Part shown: positions 9,567 to 20,434 of the stretch, in pieces
How the letters are laid out: the number at the start of each line of letters is the position of its first letter
Numbering within the stretch: position 1 is the first letter of the stretch
Assembly: GCA_965262915.1 (NCBI GenBank)
Contig: OZ253564.1
Coordinates: forward strand, 800,001 to 864,000
From: Candidatus Spongiisociaceae bacterium
GTDB taxonomy: Bacteria; Actinomycetota; Acidimicrobiia; Spongiisociales; Spongiisociaceae
Length of the DNA stretch: 64,000 nt
Direction of reading: 5' to 3'
Made by a program: the position numbers and the translations under genes
The notes under the pieces: generated by a model
Databases searched by the model: none
Seen by the model: only the letters and a program-made list of their open reading frames with translations
Told to the model about the DNA's origin: nothing

Positions 9567-10586
9567 ATGAGGAACCTCTCCCTGTTCGTGGGGAAACGGC
9601 TGTTGCTAGTCGTTCCCATGCTGTTCCTCGTCAGCATCTTCACGTTCATCATGCTGCGGGCGATGCCGGGCAGCGCGGTGGAACTGATCGCCGGCCCGTT
9701 CCGGACCCCGGAGAGAGTGGCGTTGATAACCCGCCAGTTGGGCCTCGACAAACCGTTGGTGGAGCAGTATGTGATCTGGATGGGGGACCTGCTGCGCGGC
9801 GACCTCGGGATAGCGTGGCACACGGGTCAGCCGGTTACGACCGACTTGGCCGCCCGCATCCCCGCATCGGTCGAGTTGGCGTTCCTGGCTCTGCTGATAG
9901 CGGTGCCTTTGGGCGTCGTCACCGGAGTCTTAGCGGCCCGTTACCGCGACAGCATCGGCGACTTCGGGCTTCGTCTGTTCTCGCTGGGCGCGATTGCCAC
10001 ACCTGAATTCCTGTTCGGGATATTCGCGATCTGGTTCTTCTTCTTCGTGCTCAACTGGGCGCCTCCACCTCTTGGCAGGATCGAGTTCGGGATATCCCCG
10101 CCCGAAGCCATCACCGGGCTCTATATCGTCGATAGCCTGTTGACCCGGAACACCGAGGCGCTGGTGTCGTCGCTCCGCATGATCGCCCTCCCCGCCATCA
10201 GCTTGGGGATCATCCTCTCCGGGGGGTTCCAGCGTTTCGTCCGGGCGACCATGATCGAGTCCCTCAGCACGGATGCGGTGCTCTCGTCCCGGGGCCACGG
10301 GCTGCCCAACCGGCTGATCTTCTACAAGTACGCGCTGAAGCACGCGCTGCTGGTGGTGGTGCCGGTCTTCGGCATCGTGGTGGCCTTCGCCATCGGCGGT
10401 CTGGTGGCGACCGAGATAATCTTCTCGTGGCCGGGTGTGGGCCGCTACGCCATCGAGGCAGGTCGCAAGGCCGACCTCAATGCCGTCCAGGGCTTCGTGC
10501 TCTTCTCGGTCGTGCTCTACGTCGCTCTTAACCTCTTCGTCGACATCGTCCAGGCGATCATCGACCCGAGGATCGAGTACCGATGA
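9567..10586 (+). CDS. ABC transporter permease (DppB-like)
   Basis: LGLDKPLVEQY, GDLG, PASVELA, TEIIFSWPGVG, IDPRI. Confidence 0.92.
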   Translation: MRNLSLFVGKRLLLVVPMLFLVSIFTFIMLRAMPGSAVELIAGPFRTPERVALITRQLGLDKPLVEQYVIWMGDLLRGDLGIAWHTGQPVTTDLAARIPASVELAFLALLIAVPLGVVTGVLAARYRDSIGDFGLRLFSLGAIATPEFLFGIFAIWFFFFVLNWAPPPLGRIEFGISPPEAITGLYIVDSLLTRNTEALVSSLRMIALPAISLGIILSGGFQRFVRATMIESLSTDAVLSSRGHGLPNRLIFYKYALKHALLVVVPVFGIVVAFAIGGLVATEIIFSWPGVGRYAIEAGRKADLNAVQGFVLFSVVLYVALNLFVDIVQAIIDPRIEYR

Positions 10587-11452
10587 CGGTCGCCGCTCGG
10601 ACGGAGGAACGGGCGAGCCTCGCCGTCCGGTTGAGGCGGATCCGGCGCTACCCGTCGCTCGTGGTCGGCGTCATCATTTTCTCCCCGATCCTGCTGGGTT
10701 CGATCATCGTGCCCTTCATCAGCCCTCACGGTGCCACGGAGACGGTGGCGGGCCGCCAGTTGCTGCCACCCAACTCCGAACACCTCTTCGGTACCGACCT
10801 GTACGGCATGGACATCATGACCCGCATCTTCGCCGGAGGCCGATACGACCTGTTCGTGGCGATAGTCGCCGCGGCGATCGGCATGAGCATCGGGGTGATC
10901 ATCGGGGGCTTCTCCGGATATGTCGGCGGGAGGGTGGACGAGTTCATCAGCCGGGTGATAGAAGCCCTCCAGGCATTCCCGCCCTTCATCATCGCCCTGG
11001 CGGTCGTCTCGGTGCTGGGTCACTCGGTGGTGGTCCTGACCGGGGTCATCTCCCTGGTTCAGCTCACCTACTACGTGCGGACCATGCGGGCCCAGGCCTT
11101 CTCCATCCGGGAACGGGCCTTTGTCGAGAGTGCCCGGGCCATAGGACTGCGAACTCCCGCCATCGTGTTGCGCCACATCATTCCCAACGGGGTGCGACCG
11201 TTGATCATCCAGCTGATGATCAACGTGGGAGGCGCCATCCTGCTCATCTCGCTGCTCGGCTTCCTCGGCCTCGGAGCACAGGTCCCAACCCCCGAGTGGG
11301 GCTCGATGATCTCGATCGGTCTCGAGTCGGCCGTCACGGGTGAGTGGTGGGTATGGCTGTTCCCCGGCTCGGCGATCATCCTCACGGTTGTCTCGCTAAA
11401 CCTGATCGGCGACGGGCTGCGCGACGTACTCGACCCCCGCCAGGGCGGTTAG
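10583..11452 (+). CDS. ABC transporter permease (DppC-like)
   Basis: HLFGTDLYGMD, FVESARAIG, RHIIPN, PEWGSMI, GDGLRDVLDPR. Confidence 0.92.
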   Translation: MTVAARTEERASLAVRLRRIRRYPSLVVGVIIFSPILLGSIIVPFISPHGATETVAGRQLLPPNSEHLFGTDLYGMDIMTRIFAGGRYDLFVAIVAAAIGMSIGVIIGGFSGYVGGRVDEFISRVIEALQAFPPFIIALAVVSVLGHSVVVLTGVISLVQLTYYVRTMRAQAFSIRERAFVESARAIGLRTPAIVLRHIIPNGVRPLIIQLMINVGGAILLISLLGFLGLGAQVPTPEWGSMISIGLESAVTGEWWVWLFPGSAIILTVVSLNLIGDGLRDVLDPRQGG

Positions 11453-11456
11453 CGAT

Positions 11457-12410
11457 ATGCCACTGCTCTCGATCCGCGATCTCGACATCGAACTGCGTCA
11501 CCAGGAACGCTTCGGCTACGCGGTGCGGGGCCTCACCCTCGATGTCGAGGCCGGTGAGATCGTGGGGCTGGTAGGCGAGTCGGGTTCGGGGAAGAGCCTC
11601 ACCGCCCGGGCGGTGATGGGGCTTCTCCCGAGTGCGGCGTCAGCGAGCAAGGGCGAGATCATCTTCGACGGGGTGGACCTCTTGACCCTTGACGAGGTGG
11701 AGATGGAGCAGGTGCGCGGTCGCCGGATCGGGATCATGTTCCAGAATCCTAGGGAGAGCCTCAACCCGGTTTTCACGGTGGGCGACCAGTTGCGGACCAT
11801 ATACAGGAGGATCCGGGGCCACGACAAGCGCAAGGCTCGGAAGGAGTCGCGCCGGATGCTGCTGTCGCTGGGTCTGCGGGAGGTGGATCGTGTCCTGGCC
11901 AGCTATCCCCACCAGCTCAGCGGCGGCATGGCCCAGCGAGCCCTGCTGGCCCTGACGCTGGCATGCGACCCGGAACTGCTCATCGCCGACGAGCCCGCCA
12001 CCGGCCTCGACGCGGCTACCCAGACTCGCCTGTTCGTCGAGATCGGTCGCGTCATCAAGGAGACCGGTAAGACAGCCATCGTGATAACCCACGACATCAG
12101 CCTGGTCAGCGGGATATGCGACTCGGTGGCGGTCATGTACAGCGGCCAGATCGTCGAGCGGGGTACGGTCACCGACGTGGGCGCCCGACCCCTGCACCCG
12201 TATTCGAACGGCCTGCTGGCTGCGGCCGAGTTCGCCGACGAAGGCGGGCGGGCCAGCTTCATTCCCGGCGCTCCCCCGGATCCGTTCATGCCCACCGGCG
12301 GATGTCCCTTCCACCCCCGCTGCCCCAAGGCGTTCGAGCCCTGCCCCGATGTGGTGCCCATCGCGACCTCCACCGAGGGCCGGCAAGTGAGGTGTCACCT
12401 TTATGAGTGA
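11457..12410 (+). CDS. ABC transporter ATP-binding protein (DppD-like)
   Basis: GESGSGKS, YPHQLSGGMAQR, IADEP, C-terminal GCPFHPRC. Confidence 0.93.
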   Translation: MPLLSIRDLDIELRHQERFGYAVRGLTLDVEAGEIVGLVGESGSGKSLTARAVMGLLPSAASASKGEIIFDGVDLLTLDEVEMEQVRGRRIGIMFQNPRESLNPVFTVGDQLRTIYRRIRGHDKRKARKESRRMLLSLGLREVDRVLASYPHQLSGGMAQRALLALTLACDPELLIADEPATGLDAATQTRLFVEIGRVIKETGKTAIVITHDISLVSGICDSVAVMYSGQIVERGTVTDVGARPLHPYSNGLLAAAEFADEGGRASFIPGAPPDPFMPTGGCPFHPRCPKAFEPCPDVVPIATSTEGRQVRCHLYE

Positions 12411-13419
12411 TCTACTCGAGGTGCAGGGCCTGACCAAGGTCTTCGCAGGGGCCGGTACGTTCTGGTCGCGTCGGGCTCCGACGATTGCGGTCGAGGACGT
12501 GTCGATCCGCCTCGGGAAGGGAGAAACCCTGGCCGTCGTCGGCGAGTCCGGCAGCGGGAAGACCACGCTGGGTCGCTGCATCCTCCGGCTGATCGAGCCC
12601 ACCGAGGGCGTGGTGGTCTTCGAGGGAACCAACATCCTTCCGCTGCGAACAAAGGACTTGAAGGGATTCCGCCGCAAGGCGCAGATGGTGTTCCAGAACC
12701 CGCAGGGCTCGCTGGACCCGCGGATGCGGGTGGCCTCCATCGTGGCCCAGCCGATCAAACACCATGAGGGCCTCTCCGGTTCCGAGTTGGAACGCCGGGT
12801 TCTCGAGGCGCTGCGGGCTGTGGGACTGGGAGAGTCCGACCTGCCCAAGTACCCCCACGAGATGAGCGGCGGCCAGCAGCAGCGGGTAGCCATCGCCCGG
12901 GCCATCGCCACCCGTCCCGACCTCCTGGTGCTCGACGAACCCACCTCCGCCCTGGACGCCTCCATCCAGGGCCAGATCATCGCCCTGCTGGACGACCTTC
13001 GGGATGCGTACGAGATGAGCTACCTGTTCATCTCCCACGACCTGCGGTTGGTGCGGGCCCACTCCGATCGGACCGCCGTCATGTACAAGGGAAGGCTTAT
13101 GGAACTGGGATCGACGGCAGATGTGTTCGCCGATCCGAGGCACCCCTACATGCGGCTACTCGAGGAGTTGATCCCCACCGTGCCGGCCAACCCCCTCGCC
13201 CCGGCCGCGGCCACCTTCCTCATGGACGACACCTCCGACCGCCCCGACGTGGGGTGCGTGTTCAGGAACCGCTGCCCGGCCGTGACCAGCGAATGCGAGT
13301 CCCCCCAGGAGCTGACTCCGTCGGATGCCGACCACCGGGCCGCGTGCTGGCGCCACACCGACCCCGGCTTCGACCGCGAATGGGAACGCCTCATAGGAGA
13401 CGCCCTGAAGGATCTGTGA
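12403..13419 (+). CDS. ABC transporter ATP-binding protein (DppF-like)
   Basis: [37 protein letters not shown]. Confidence 0.93.
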   Translation: MSDLLEVQGLTKVFAGAGTFWSRRAPTIAVEDVSIRLGKGETLAVVGESGSGKTTLGRCILRLIEPTEGVVVFEGTNILPLRTKDLKGFRRKAQMVFQNPQGSLDPRMRVASIVAQPIKHHEGLSGSELERRVLEALRAVGLGESDLPKYPHEMSGGQQQRVAIARAIATRPDLLVLDEPTSALDASIQGQIIALLDDLRDAYEMSYLFISHDLRLVRAHSDRTAVMYKGRLMELGSTADVFADPRHPYMRLLEELIPTVPANPLAPAAATFLMDDTSDRPDVGCVFRNRCPAVTSECESPQELTPSDADHRAACWRHTDPGFDREWERLIGDALKDL

Positions 13420-13481
13420 TTGGTGGTGGGTGGTTCCCCGTAGCCGGTCACCCGTCGTTACACGGACGCCGCAATGGCCCT

Positions 13482-13905
13482 CTATTTGCCCAGCGTGCGT
13501 CGCATCAGGTCCTGGAGGGTCACTGCCAGGGATTTGTCGAGCTAGCTGTGTAGTTCCTCGATTCGATCTTCGATGGTCTCGTGGTAGGAGAAGGTGGAGG
13601 GTTCCCAAGATGTCTCGACAAGGGTCGCGTCGGGCCGCGTACTCCTCGCCTCGTATCCGGATGCTCCCGCACGAGGTGATAGCCATGACCCCGGGATAGG
13701 CGCTGACCACATGGTGAGACTTGAAGGAGACATAAGTGCTCGGCCCGCTTGGCGGTCTTTGTCATCTCGCGGCGCCACCACCTCACCCTGGGATCGAAGG
13801 CGTGGATGGGTCCGTCCACACGCGATCCCGCTGTCCGGCTGCGGGGAACTCCTGTCGGATATCAAGCCAGTCCTCTCGAAACCAGTCGCATATGTCCTTG
13901 AGAAA
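13482..13905 (-). pseudogene. Decayed copy of the C-terminal domain of the Fic protein at 26115..27599
   Basis: Fragments WWRREMTKTAKRAEH, GVMAITSCGSIRIRGEE, VETSWEPSTFSYHETIEDR and LDKSLAVTL match the Fic C-terminus. Contains frameshifts, a deletion and a W-to-stop change at 13542. Confidence 0.85.
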
Positions 13906-14006
13906 CTAGGCCCACTACAGCCAGCACCAGCCAGCCACGTCCCGAACCAGCCGACACTCAGCAATCGGTGCCCGTGGCCGGTAGCGTGTAACCGCCTATT
14001 GCGATC

Positions 14007-15323
14007 TTAACCAAGCCTTGAAGCGTGGGATCGCTCGTGGTTTTTGCCGTTCAGAGCAACAGCCAATGTCGGGACGTCTTCCATCCGCAGGTTGGATAGG
14101 GTGACGCGAACGCCAGGGGCAGAGTTCTGCCGGTACCGTTGACCGGACCTGATCGCGAAGCCTGCCTTCGCAGCCGCTGCCACTGAAGCTGCCTCGTCTT
14201 GAACGCTGACCCAGACGTTCATACCCGAGACCCCATATGCCACTACACCCTCAGCACCGAGTTCCTCTATCAAGGCCGATTGTCGTCTTCGATACGCGTG
14301 GGCGCTCTCCTTGACCTGGGCCATGGCCTCGTTATCACCAAGGACCAGGGCAACGGCCCGTTGCAGGATTCGGCTGACCCAACCTTGGCCCACTTGCTGG
14401 CGCGTCTGAATACGATCCAGTGTCAGTGAGTCGCCGACCGACCACGCCACGCGCAGGTCCGCACCAAGCGGTTTCGTCGCGGACTGAACCAGCAACCAAG
14501 CGTGTCGATCCGTTGTCACGACGTTGAGAGGGCTCGATTCGCACAGTGCGAAGTAGTCATCCTCGATGATGAGAAGGTCGGGCATCGGGTCGATGACCTC
14601 CCGTAGCTCTCGAGCTCGTTGCTCGGTCCGCATGGAGCCGAATGGATTCTGTGCCCTCGGTGTCGAGATCACGGCTTGCACGCCTCGAATCACAGCCTGG
14701 AGCGCCCGTGGGTCCATACCGGCGTCATCGACGGGTACAGGGACTGCCCGAAAGCCGAGGGTGGCGACCAAGCTGCGCAACCACGGATAGCCGGGGTCTT
14801 CGAGAGCAACCGCCGCGCCCCGCCTGAGGTGAGCCTCAAGTGCTCTCTCGACGGCATCGAGAGCACCGCTCGTTACCACGATCCGATCTGCATCGACGCC
14901 GTCCTCAGCCAGAAGCGAGACCGCCTTCTCATGCAGCATCGAGTCAATGGCCTCGGCGCCGAAACCGGCGGCAGCGTGGGATGCCAGGCCGAGATACTTG
15001 CTGAGGTCCGGGAGAAAGGCACCGTCCGGATTACCCGAGGCCAGGTCTATCAGATCACTCTGTACCTCGGATTCGATGTTGTGGGACAGGGCAACGTCGC
15101 CGGCAACGAATGTCCCTCGCCGTCCCATCGAGACGATCAGGCCCCGATCGGCGAGCCGGCGGTATGCAGCTGCCGCTGTTGTCGGGGAGAGACCGAATCG
15201 CGCTGCCGCGGCTCTTATGGGCTCCAGGCGGTGGCCCGGCGCGGAGGTCCCGTCGACGATTTGCTTTTCGATGAGTTGCTCAAGATCGCGAGCAGACCGA
15301 ATGTTGGGCTCTCTGGGAGACAT
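14007..15323 (-). CDS. MocR/GntR PLP-dependent transcriptional regulator (PtsJ-like)
   Basis: N-terminal GntR wHTH (LSPTTAAAAYRRL..RGTFV) plus aminotransferase-like domain (DLASGNPD, EDPGY, TPRAQNPFG, IEDD). Confidence 0.88.
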   Translation of the reverse strand: MSPREPNIRSARDLEQLIEKQIVDGTSAPGHRLEPIRAAAARFGLSPTTAAAAYRRLADRGLIVSMGRRGTFVAGDVALSHNIESEVQSDLIDLASGNPDGAFLPDLSKYLGLASHAAAGFGAEAIDSMLHEKAVSLLAEDGVDADRIVVTSGALDAVERALEAHLRRGAAVALEDPGYPWLRSLVATLGFRAVPVPVDDAGMDPRALQAVIRGVQAVISTPRAQNPFGSMRTEQRARELREVIDPMPDLLIIEDDYFALCESSPLNVVTTDRHAWLLVQSATKPLGADLRVAWSVGDSLTLDRIQTRQQVGQGWVSRILQRAVALVLGDNEAMAQVKESAHAYRRRQSALIEELGAEGVVAYGVSGMNVWVSVQDEAASVAAAAKAGFAIRSGQRYRQNSAPGVRVTLSNLRMEDVPTLAVALNGKNHERSHASRLG

Positions 15324-15479
15324 GCTCAGGATTTATAGCAAGTGTCGCGCGGCATTCGTAACGCGCACCGCCTTCGGCTCCCGCAAACGGTGTAGGCGCC
15401 AGCTTGCGCTTCCGAGGGAGGCGCCGTCGTGCTCGCTCATGTTCTTTTGAGTTGCGTCTCGCACAACCCACCGGTACGA

Positions 15480-15493
15480 TTGCGCTGGTACAA
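15480..15493. promoter_or_regulatory. Possible MocR operator, imperfect palindrome TTGCGCTGGTACAA
   Basis: Lies in the divergent intergenic region between the regulator and the operon; a second TACAA half-site occurs near 15511. Confidence 0.3.
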
Positions 15494-15548
15494 ACACTCG
15501 GACGTAGTGATACAACTAGGACCGGTGTCTTCTCGATAGAAAGGGAAC

Positions 15549-16523
15549 ATGCTGGGCGATGTGCACGTAGTTCTCACGCTTGACTGCGAGAGGCCAACAT
15601 CAGAGACCGACCCGAGGGCGAGCGGTCCACCGAGTTACGCCGCCGGTATCGAGTCGACGCACGGCTATGTGAGGACCGCCGAGTCCAGGGGGTATCCAGT
15701 TTCCCTCTTCGTGCATCCCGAGGTGGCAGTTTCCGACCCGGTGGTGTTCAAGCAATTCGAAGCGGACGGACACACACTCGGACTTCACCTCCATCCGTGG
15801 CGATTCTCCGATGGAAAGTACGGTGCCGAGCTGGGCGGGCTGCCCGATAACGATGCACGGGCTGTGATCGCTGAAGCCACCGCTGTCTGGCAATCCGCGC
15901 TCGGATACCGACCAAAGCTGTTTAGGGCCGGGGCTGCGTCCGCGAACGACTCCACATTTCGCATTCTCTCAGAGCTGGGATTCGAAGGTGGATCCACGAC
16001 GATTCCGGGACGGGTCTATCCCGACATTCATGCCATCTGGGCAGGCAGCGATCCGGACCCTCATCGGGCAAACGCCGTTCTTAGACAGCTTCCTGGAGAT
16101 CTTGACTTCGCTGAGATGCCGATCTCAGTGGATCTATCGCGACAGGTCCACAAGAACGGTCGTCGTTTCCACTGGGAATTGAGGCCAGACTGGGATGTCA
16201 ACTACGACGACGTTGCGTTCAACATTCTAAGTCAAGTCACGGCCCGCGAGGCCGATGTGCCGGTGATCAATATGGTCACCCACAACGATCACAACTTCGC
16301 CGACCCGAACGACCCTTACTCAGTGTCGTTCTCATCGATCATCGACGCTATCGAGAAAGCATGTGACAGGGCACAGTTGACACCCATAGCGTCGACGGTC
16401 CAGCGCGTCGTGGATCTAACTCTGAGACTGCCTCCAAGACAACTACCCCTAAACAAGGCCAGTGGAAAGGTCATCGAGGAGACTGGCGAGTTTGTCGACG
16501 TGGATATGACACGAGTCCTGTGA
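15549..16523 (+). CDS. Polysaccharide deacetylase-like (NodB/CE4-type) hydrolase
   Basis: LTLDCE, GLHLHP, FRAG, late His motif (VTHN). Confidence 0.7.
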   Translation: MLGDVHVVLTLDCERPTSETDPRASGPPSYAAGIESTHGYVRTAESRGYPVSLFVHPEVAVSDPVVFKQFEADGHTLGLHLHPWRFSDGKYGAELGGLPDNDARAVIAEATAVWQSALGYRPKLFRAGAASANDSTFRILSELGFEGGSTTIPGRVYPDIHAIWAGSDPDPHRANAVLRQLPGDLDFAEMPISVDLSRQVHKNGRRFHWELRPDWDVNYDDVAFNILSQVTAREADVPVINMVTHNDHNFADPNDPYSVSFSSIIDAIEKACDRAQLTPIASTVQRVVDLTLRLPPRQLPLNKASGKVIEETGEFVDVDMTRVL

Positions 16524-16567
16524 TGTCTGACAAGTCCCGGAGACGTGCTACGAAAGGAAGCCGAACT

Positions 16568-18301
16568 ATGACGAATCTACGAACCAGATCCACTGCAAGC
16601 AGGAGAGTAGGTGCTCGACCGAAGACTTGGTGGGTGTCGAGTCTTGTAGTGGCCCTGGTCATGGTGGCGGCCGCCTGCGGCGATGACTCCACGTCGACCA
16701 CAACGACTGCTGGCGTCGTGACCACCGGCGATGTCACGACCACCGCAACTGCAACGGCCCCCGCTTCCGACACCACCTCCGCTTCCGACACGGCGACCAC
16801 CGTTAGCGAGCCCACCGACGGACCGCAAGGAACCCTGAGGATTGCGGTATCCCGGTTCCAATTCGAGACGCTGGACCCGGCCGAGGCTGGACCGGCGACG
16901 CATGGCTATTGGGATCCGATATACGACTACATGTTCGACGTCGATGGAGACGAGATCCAGCCCGGCCTCGTCGAAGAGTGGAGGAATTCCGAGGACGGCC
17001 TGACCTGGGTGTTCCAGGTGCGTCAAGGTGCCAAATGGCACAACGGGCGTGAAGTCGACGCCGAAGATATCAAGTGGAACTTCGACTGGATGCAAACACG
17101 GCAGCACGATACCGCGACCATTCTCAGGGACGTTTTGGAGAGCGTCGAGGTCAGTGGACCATTCGAAGTGACGGTCAAGTTGAGCCAACCGGTGCCCTTG
17201 ATCCTCGACTGGTTGTCGGCGACCAACTCGTACTCCCTCGTGCCGCGAGAGTACAACGACATGACCACTACGGAGTGGCTCAACAATCCTATCGGCAGTG
17301 GTCCTTGGAGTTATGTCGACCACTCGGTCGGGGAGTTCGTAAGGTATGAGGCTGTCGGGGAGCATTGGAGGAAGGTTCCCGAGTTCAAAGAACTCGTCAT
17401 GACGGTTGTCCCTGAGGACTCCACCCGACTCGCGATGCTCGTCCAGGGAGATGTTGATCTCATCGATGCTCCTCTCTCGTTCGTTCCGGAAGTGGAAGCC
17501 TCCAGCGCCAACCTAAAGACCATCTCCGTCAAGCAAGCAGTCTCGGCGGGTATCTACTTCACCGGCGTATACCAAGATGCAACGGAGGCTCCTGCATACG
17601 ATCCAGATCGTCCATGGGCTAAGAAGGAGGTTCGCGAAGCCCTCAACCTAGCGGTGGACAAGCAGGCGATCATCGACACGATCTTGTTCGGCGAGGGTCA
17701 ACTGGCAGTCGTGGCGAGCGTCCTCCCCTGGCAACTTGGATGGAGCGATTCGTGGGCACCCCACCCGTACGATCCGGATCGGGCGAAGCAGTTGCTGACG
17801 GAAGCCGGCTATCCAGATGGCTTCTCGGTAACTGTCCACGCTTATCCGCGACCGGGAATCCCTGACCTGCCACTGGTCATCGAGGCAGTTGCGGCTGACT
17901 GGGCCCGGCTGGGTCTTGATGTCGAGATCTTCCCGTCGGACTGGCCCGGCATTGCCAGGCCGTTGGTTCGCGGTGGAGAAGCGGACTTCTTGCTCGGCCA
18001 CTCGCTGGGCGTATTCCCCCCCAATCTTGATCGTGTCCTGTGGAGAGCGCCTAACAGGTACTTTGAGACCTCTGAGTTGATCAACTCGGCTCTTGATGCT
18101 CTCGAGAGCGCTCAGACCCGGGAAGAGGTCGCAGACGCCATCGGTCGCGTTGGCGATGCTGTGATCGAGGAATTCGCTTGGGTACCGGTTGCCATCGTCA
18201 ACCAGCTCTACGTAGCGAACGGCGATACGATCGGCGATGCTCCGATCATGGCCCACGCTGGCGGATTGAACCATCTCGAGTACGTGACACACTCACCGTA
18301 A
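16568..18301 (+). CDS. ABC transporter substrate-binding lipoprotein (family 5) with Thr-rich linker
   Basis: Lipobox VAAAC, PGLVEEW..SEDGLTWVF, PIGSGPW, EVREALNLAVD, AKQLLTEAGYPDGF. Confidence 0.9.
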   Translation: MTNLRTRSTASRRVGARPKTWWVSSLVVALVMVAAACGDDSTSTTTTAGVVTTGDVTTTATATAPASDTTSASDTATTVSEPTDGPQGTLRIAVSRFQFETLDPAEAGPATHGYWDPIYDYMFDVDGDEIQPGLVEEWRNSEDGLTWVFQVRQGAKWHNGREVDAEDIKWNFDWMQTRQHDTATILRDVLESVEVSGPFEVTVKLSQPVPLILDWLSATNSYSLVPREYNDMTTTEWLNNPIGSGPWSYVDHSVGEFVRYEAVGEHWRKVPEFKELVMTVVPEDSTRLAMLVQGDVDLIDAPLSFVPEVEASSANLKTISVKQAVSAGIYFTGVYQDATEAPAYDPDRPWAKKEVREALNLAVDKQAIIDTILFGEGQLAVVASVLPWQLGWSDSWAPHPYDPDRAKQLLTEAGYPDGFSVTVHAYPRPGIPDLPLVIEAVAADWARLGLDVEIFPSDWPGIARPLVRGGEADFLLGHSLGVFPPNLDRVLWRAPNRYFETSELINSALDALESAQTREEVADAIGRVGDAVIEEFAWVPVAIVNQLYVANGDTIGDAPIMAHAGGLNHLEYVTHSP

Positions 18302-18392
18302 CCGAGAAGGTACTCCGCTATGAACTCGGCCTTGGGTGCTCCGGTCATGCCGGGGGACCCAAGGTGACGAGTACCCTGTCCCCGAAGCAGCC

Positions 18393-19415
18393 ATGAGCAC
18401 TCCCCTGCTGGACGTTCGCGATTTGAAGACCGTATTCGGCGCGGGCGACGACGCGGTCACAGCCGTGGACGGGATTTCGTTCAGCCTCGAGGATGGGGAA
18501 AGCCTCGGCATCATCGGTGAGTCCGGGAGCGGCAAGACCGTCACCGCCTTTTCGATACTGCGCCTGGTAAGCAGACCAGGGAGGATCGTTGAGGGTTCGA
18601 TACGCTTTGAGGGAGAGGAACTTCTCACCAAGTCGGCCCGGGAGATCACACGTCTGCGCGGACGGAAGATGAGCATGATTCTCCAAGACCCGATGTCGTC
18701 CTTGAATCCCGTCTTCCGCGTCGGGGACCAGATCGCGGAGGCCGTGCTGCTGGCGGCCGGTGATCAGAGAGGGAGCCGCTCTGAGGCTAGGAAACGCTCA
18801 GAGGAACTCCTCCGGATGGTTCGAATTCCGGAGCCGGTGAGCCGCGCCCGGCAGTATCCGCATCAGATGAGCGGGGGAATGCGCCAACGCGTAGTGAGCG
18901 CCATCGCACTGGCGGGAAACCCGAGGCTCCTGATCGCTGACGAACCGACGACATCCCTCGACGTGACAACGCAACTGCAGTTCCTCGACCTGATCAGGGA
19001 CCTTCACGCCACATTGGGATTCGCTCTTATTTTCATTAGTCACGATCTCGGTATCATCGAACGGGTCTGCAGCGATGTGGCCGTCATGTACGCCGGCCGG
19101 ATAGTGGAAACCGGGTCGACCGACGAAGTCTTCTCCGAACCGGCCCATCCATACACTCGTGGTTTGCTGCGGTCGGCTCCCGACATTTCCAGGCGGTCAA
19201 AGACACTCGATTCGATCAAAGGTCAACCCCCCGATCCCCGGACCTGGCCCGTGGGCTGCCGATTTGCAATGCGCTGTCCTGATCTCATGGACCAGTGCGT
19301 GAAGACCTACCCTCCAGTCATCAACCTCAACCAGGGGCAGAGTGCTGTACACGATGTTGCCTGCTGGCTCCATCAGGTTGAGAAATCTGTTGCGCGTGAC
19401 GGCAGACGGCATTAG
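18393..19415 (+). CDS. ABC transporter ATP-binding protein (DppD-like)
   Basis: [42 protein letters not shown]. Confidence 0.92.
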   Translation: MSTPLLDVRDLKTVFGAGDDAVTAVDGISFSLEDGESLGIIGESGSGKTVTAFSILRLVSRPGRIVEGSIRFEGEELLTKSAREITRLRGRKMSMILQDPMSSLNPVFRVGDQIAEAVLLAAGDQRGSRSEARKRSEELLRMVRIPEPVSRARQYPHQMSGGMRQRVVSAIALAGNPRLLIADEPTTSLDVTTQLQFLDLIRDLHATLGFALIFISHDLGIIERVCSDVAVMYAGRIVETGSTDEVFSEPAHPYTRGLLRSAPDISRRSKTLDSIKGQPPDPRTWPVGCRFAMRCPDLMDQCVKTYPPVINLNQGQSAVHDVACWLHQVEKSVARDGRRH

Positions 19416-20427
19416 TCCGAGGGTCGCGCCACTAGTCGAGTTCGACGATGTCGCGAAGACCTTTACCGTACGGCGAGGAGCTTTCAGACAGAGCGTCGAG
19501 TCGGTCTACGCGGTGGCCGGAGTATCACTGTCGGTCGGCGTTGGCGAGTCGGTCGGCCTGGTCGGTGAGTCCGGATGCGGGAAGTCCACGCTCGCAAGGA
19601 TGGCATTGAGGCTGCTTGAACCGTCATCCGGAACCCTTCGGTTCAAGGGAACCGACTACGACAGGCTGTCTTCGTCCGAACTCAAGGAGTTTCGCAGCAC
19701 GATCCAGGCTGTCTTCCAAGATCCTTACTCATCGCTGAACCCTCGGATGCGGGTGGTGGACATCATCTCCGAGCCGCTCCGATCGTCACCCGGAATCACG
19801 CGGAGAGTAAGGCATAGTCGGGCCTTGGAGATACTCGATCTGGTCGGACTACCGGCCGTGGCAGCCGAGGGTTATCCCAACCAATTCAGCGGCGGTCAGC
19901 GGCAGCGTATTGCGATTGCCCGTGCGCTAGTGTCGGAGCCGGCCTTGATCGTCCTCGATGAGCCCACATCGAGTCTCGACCTTTCGATTCGGGCGCAGAT
20001 ACTCAACCTGCTCAACAGGCTCCGCGAGGAACTCACGGTTGCGTACCTCGTCATCTCGCATGACCTGTCGATGATCCGACATCTGTGCGACCGGATATCG
20101 GTGATGCACCTAGGTCGCATCGTTGAGACGTCCGTCAGCGAGCATTTCTACAGCAACCTCCAGCATCCGTACGCAAAGGGGCTTCTCGGGTCGCTGCTGA
20201 TTCCTCTAGCAAAAGGAGCCGGACCCCAGGATCCCATACCCGGTGAGCCCCCCAGCGCGGTCAACCCTCCGCCGGGTTGTTCCTTCCATCCTCGCTGCGA
20301 ATGGGCATTTGCCCCCTGCACGACGGACACTCCGGAGTTGTTGTTCCGACGGGGATGCGAGCTTGATCAACTCACAGCGTGTCACTTGTACGAGCCGTCG
20401 GATCTGATCCGAGCCGGGTCAGCGTAG
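19396..20427 (+). CDS. ABC transporter ATP-binding protein (DppF-like)
   Basis: GESGCGKS, FSGGQRQR, LDEPTSSLD, PPPGCSFHPRC. Start uncertain. Confidence 0.92.
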   Translation: MTADGISPRVAPLVEFDDVAKTFTVRRGAFRQSVESVYAVAGVSLSVGVGESVGLVGESGCGKSTLARMALRLLEPSSGTLRFKGTDYDRLSSSELKEFRSTIQAVFQDPYSSLNPRMRVVDIISEPLRSSPGITRRVRHSRALEILDLVGLPAVAAEGYPNQFSGGQRQRIAIARALVSEPALIVLDEPTSSLDLSIRAQILNLLNRLREELTVAYLVISHDLSMIRHLCDRISVMHLGRIVETSVSEHFYSNLQHPYAKGLLGSLLIPLAKGAGPQDPIPGEPPSAVNPPPGCSFHPRCEWAFAPCTTDTPELLFRRGCELDQLTACHLYEPSDLIRAGSA

Positions 20428-20434
20428 TCGAGCC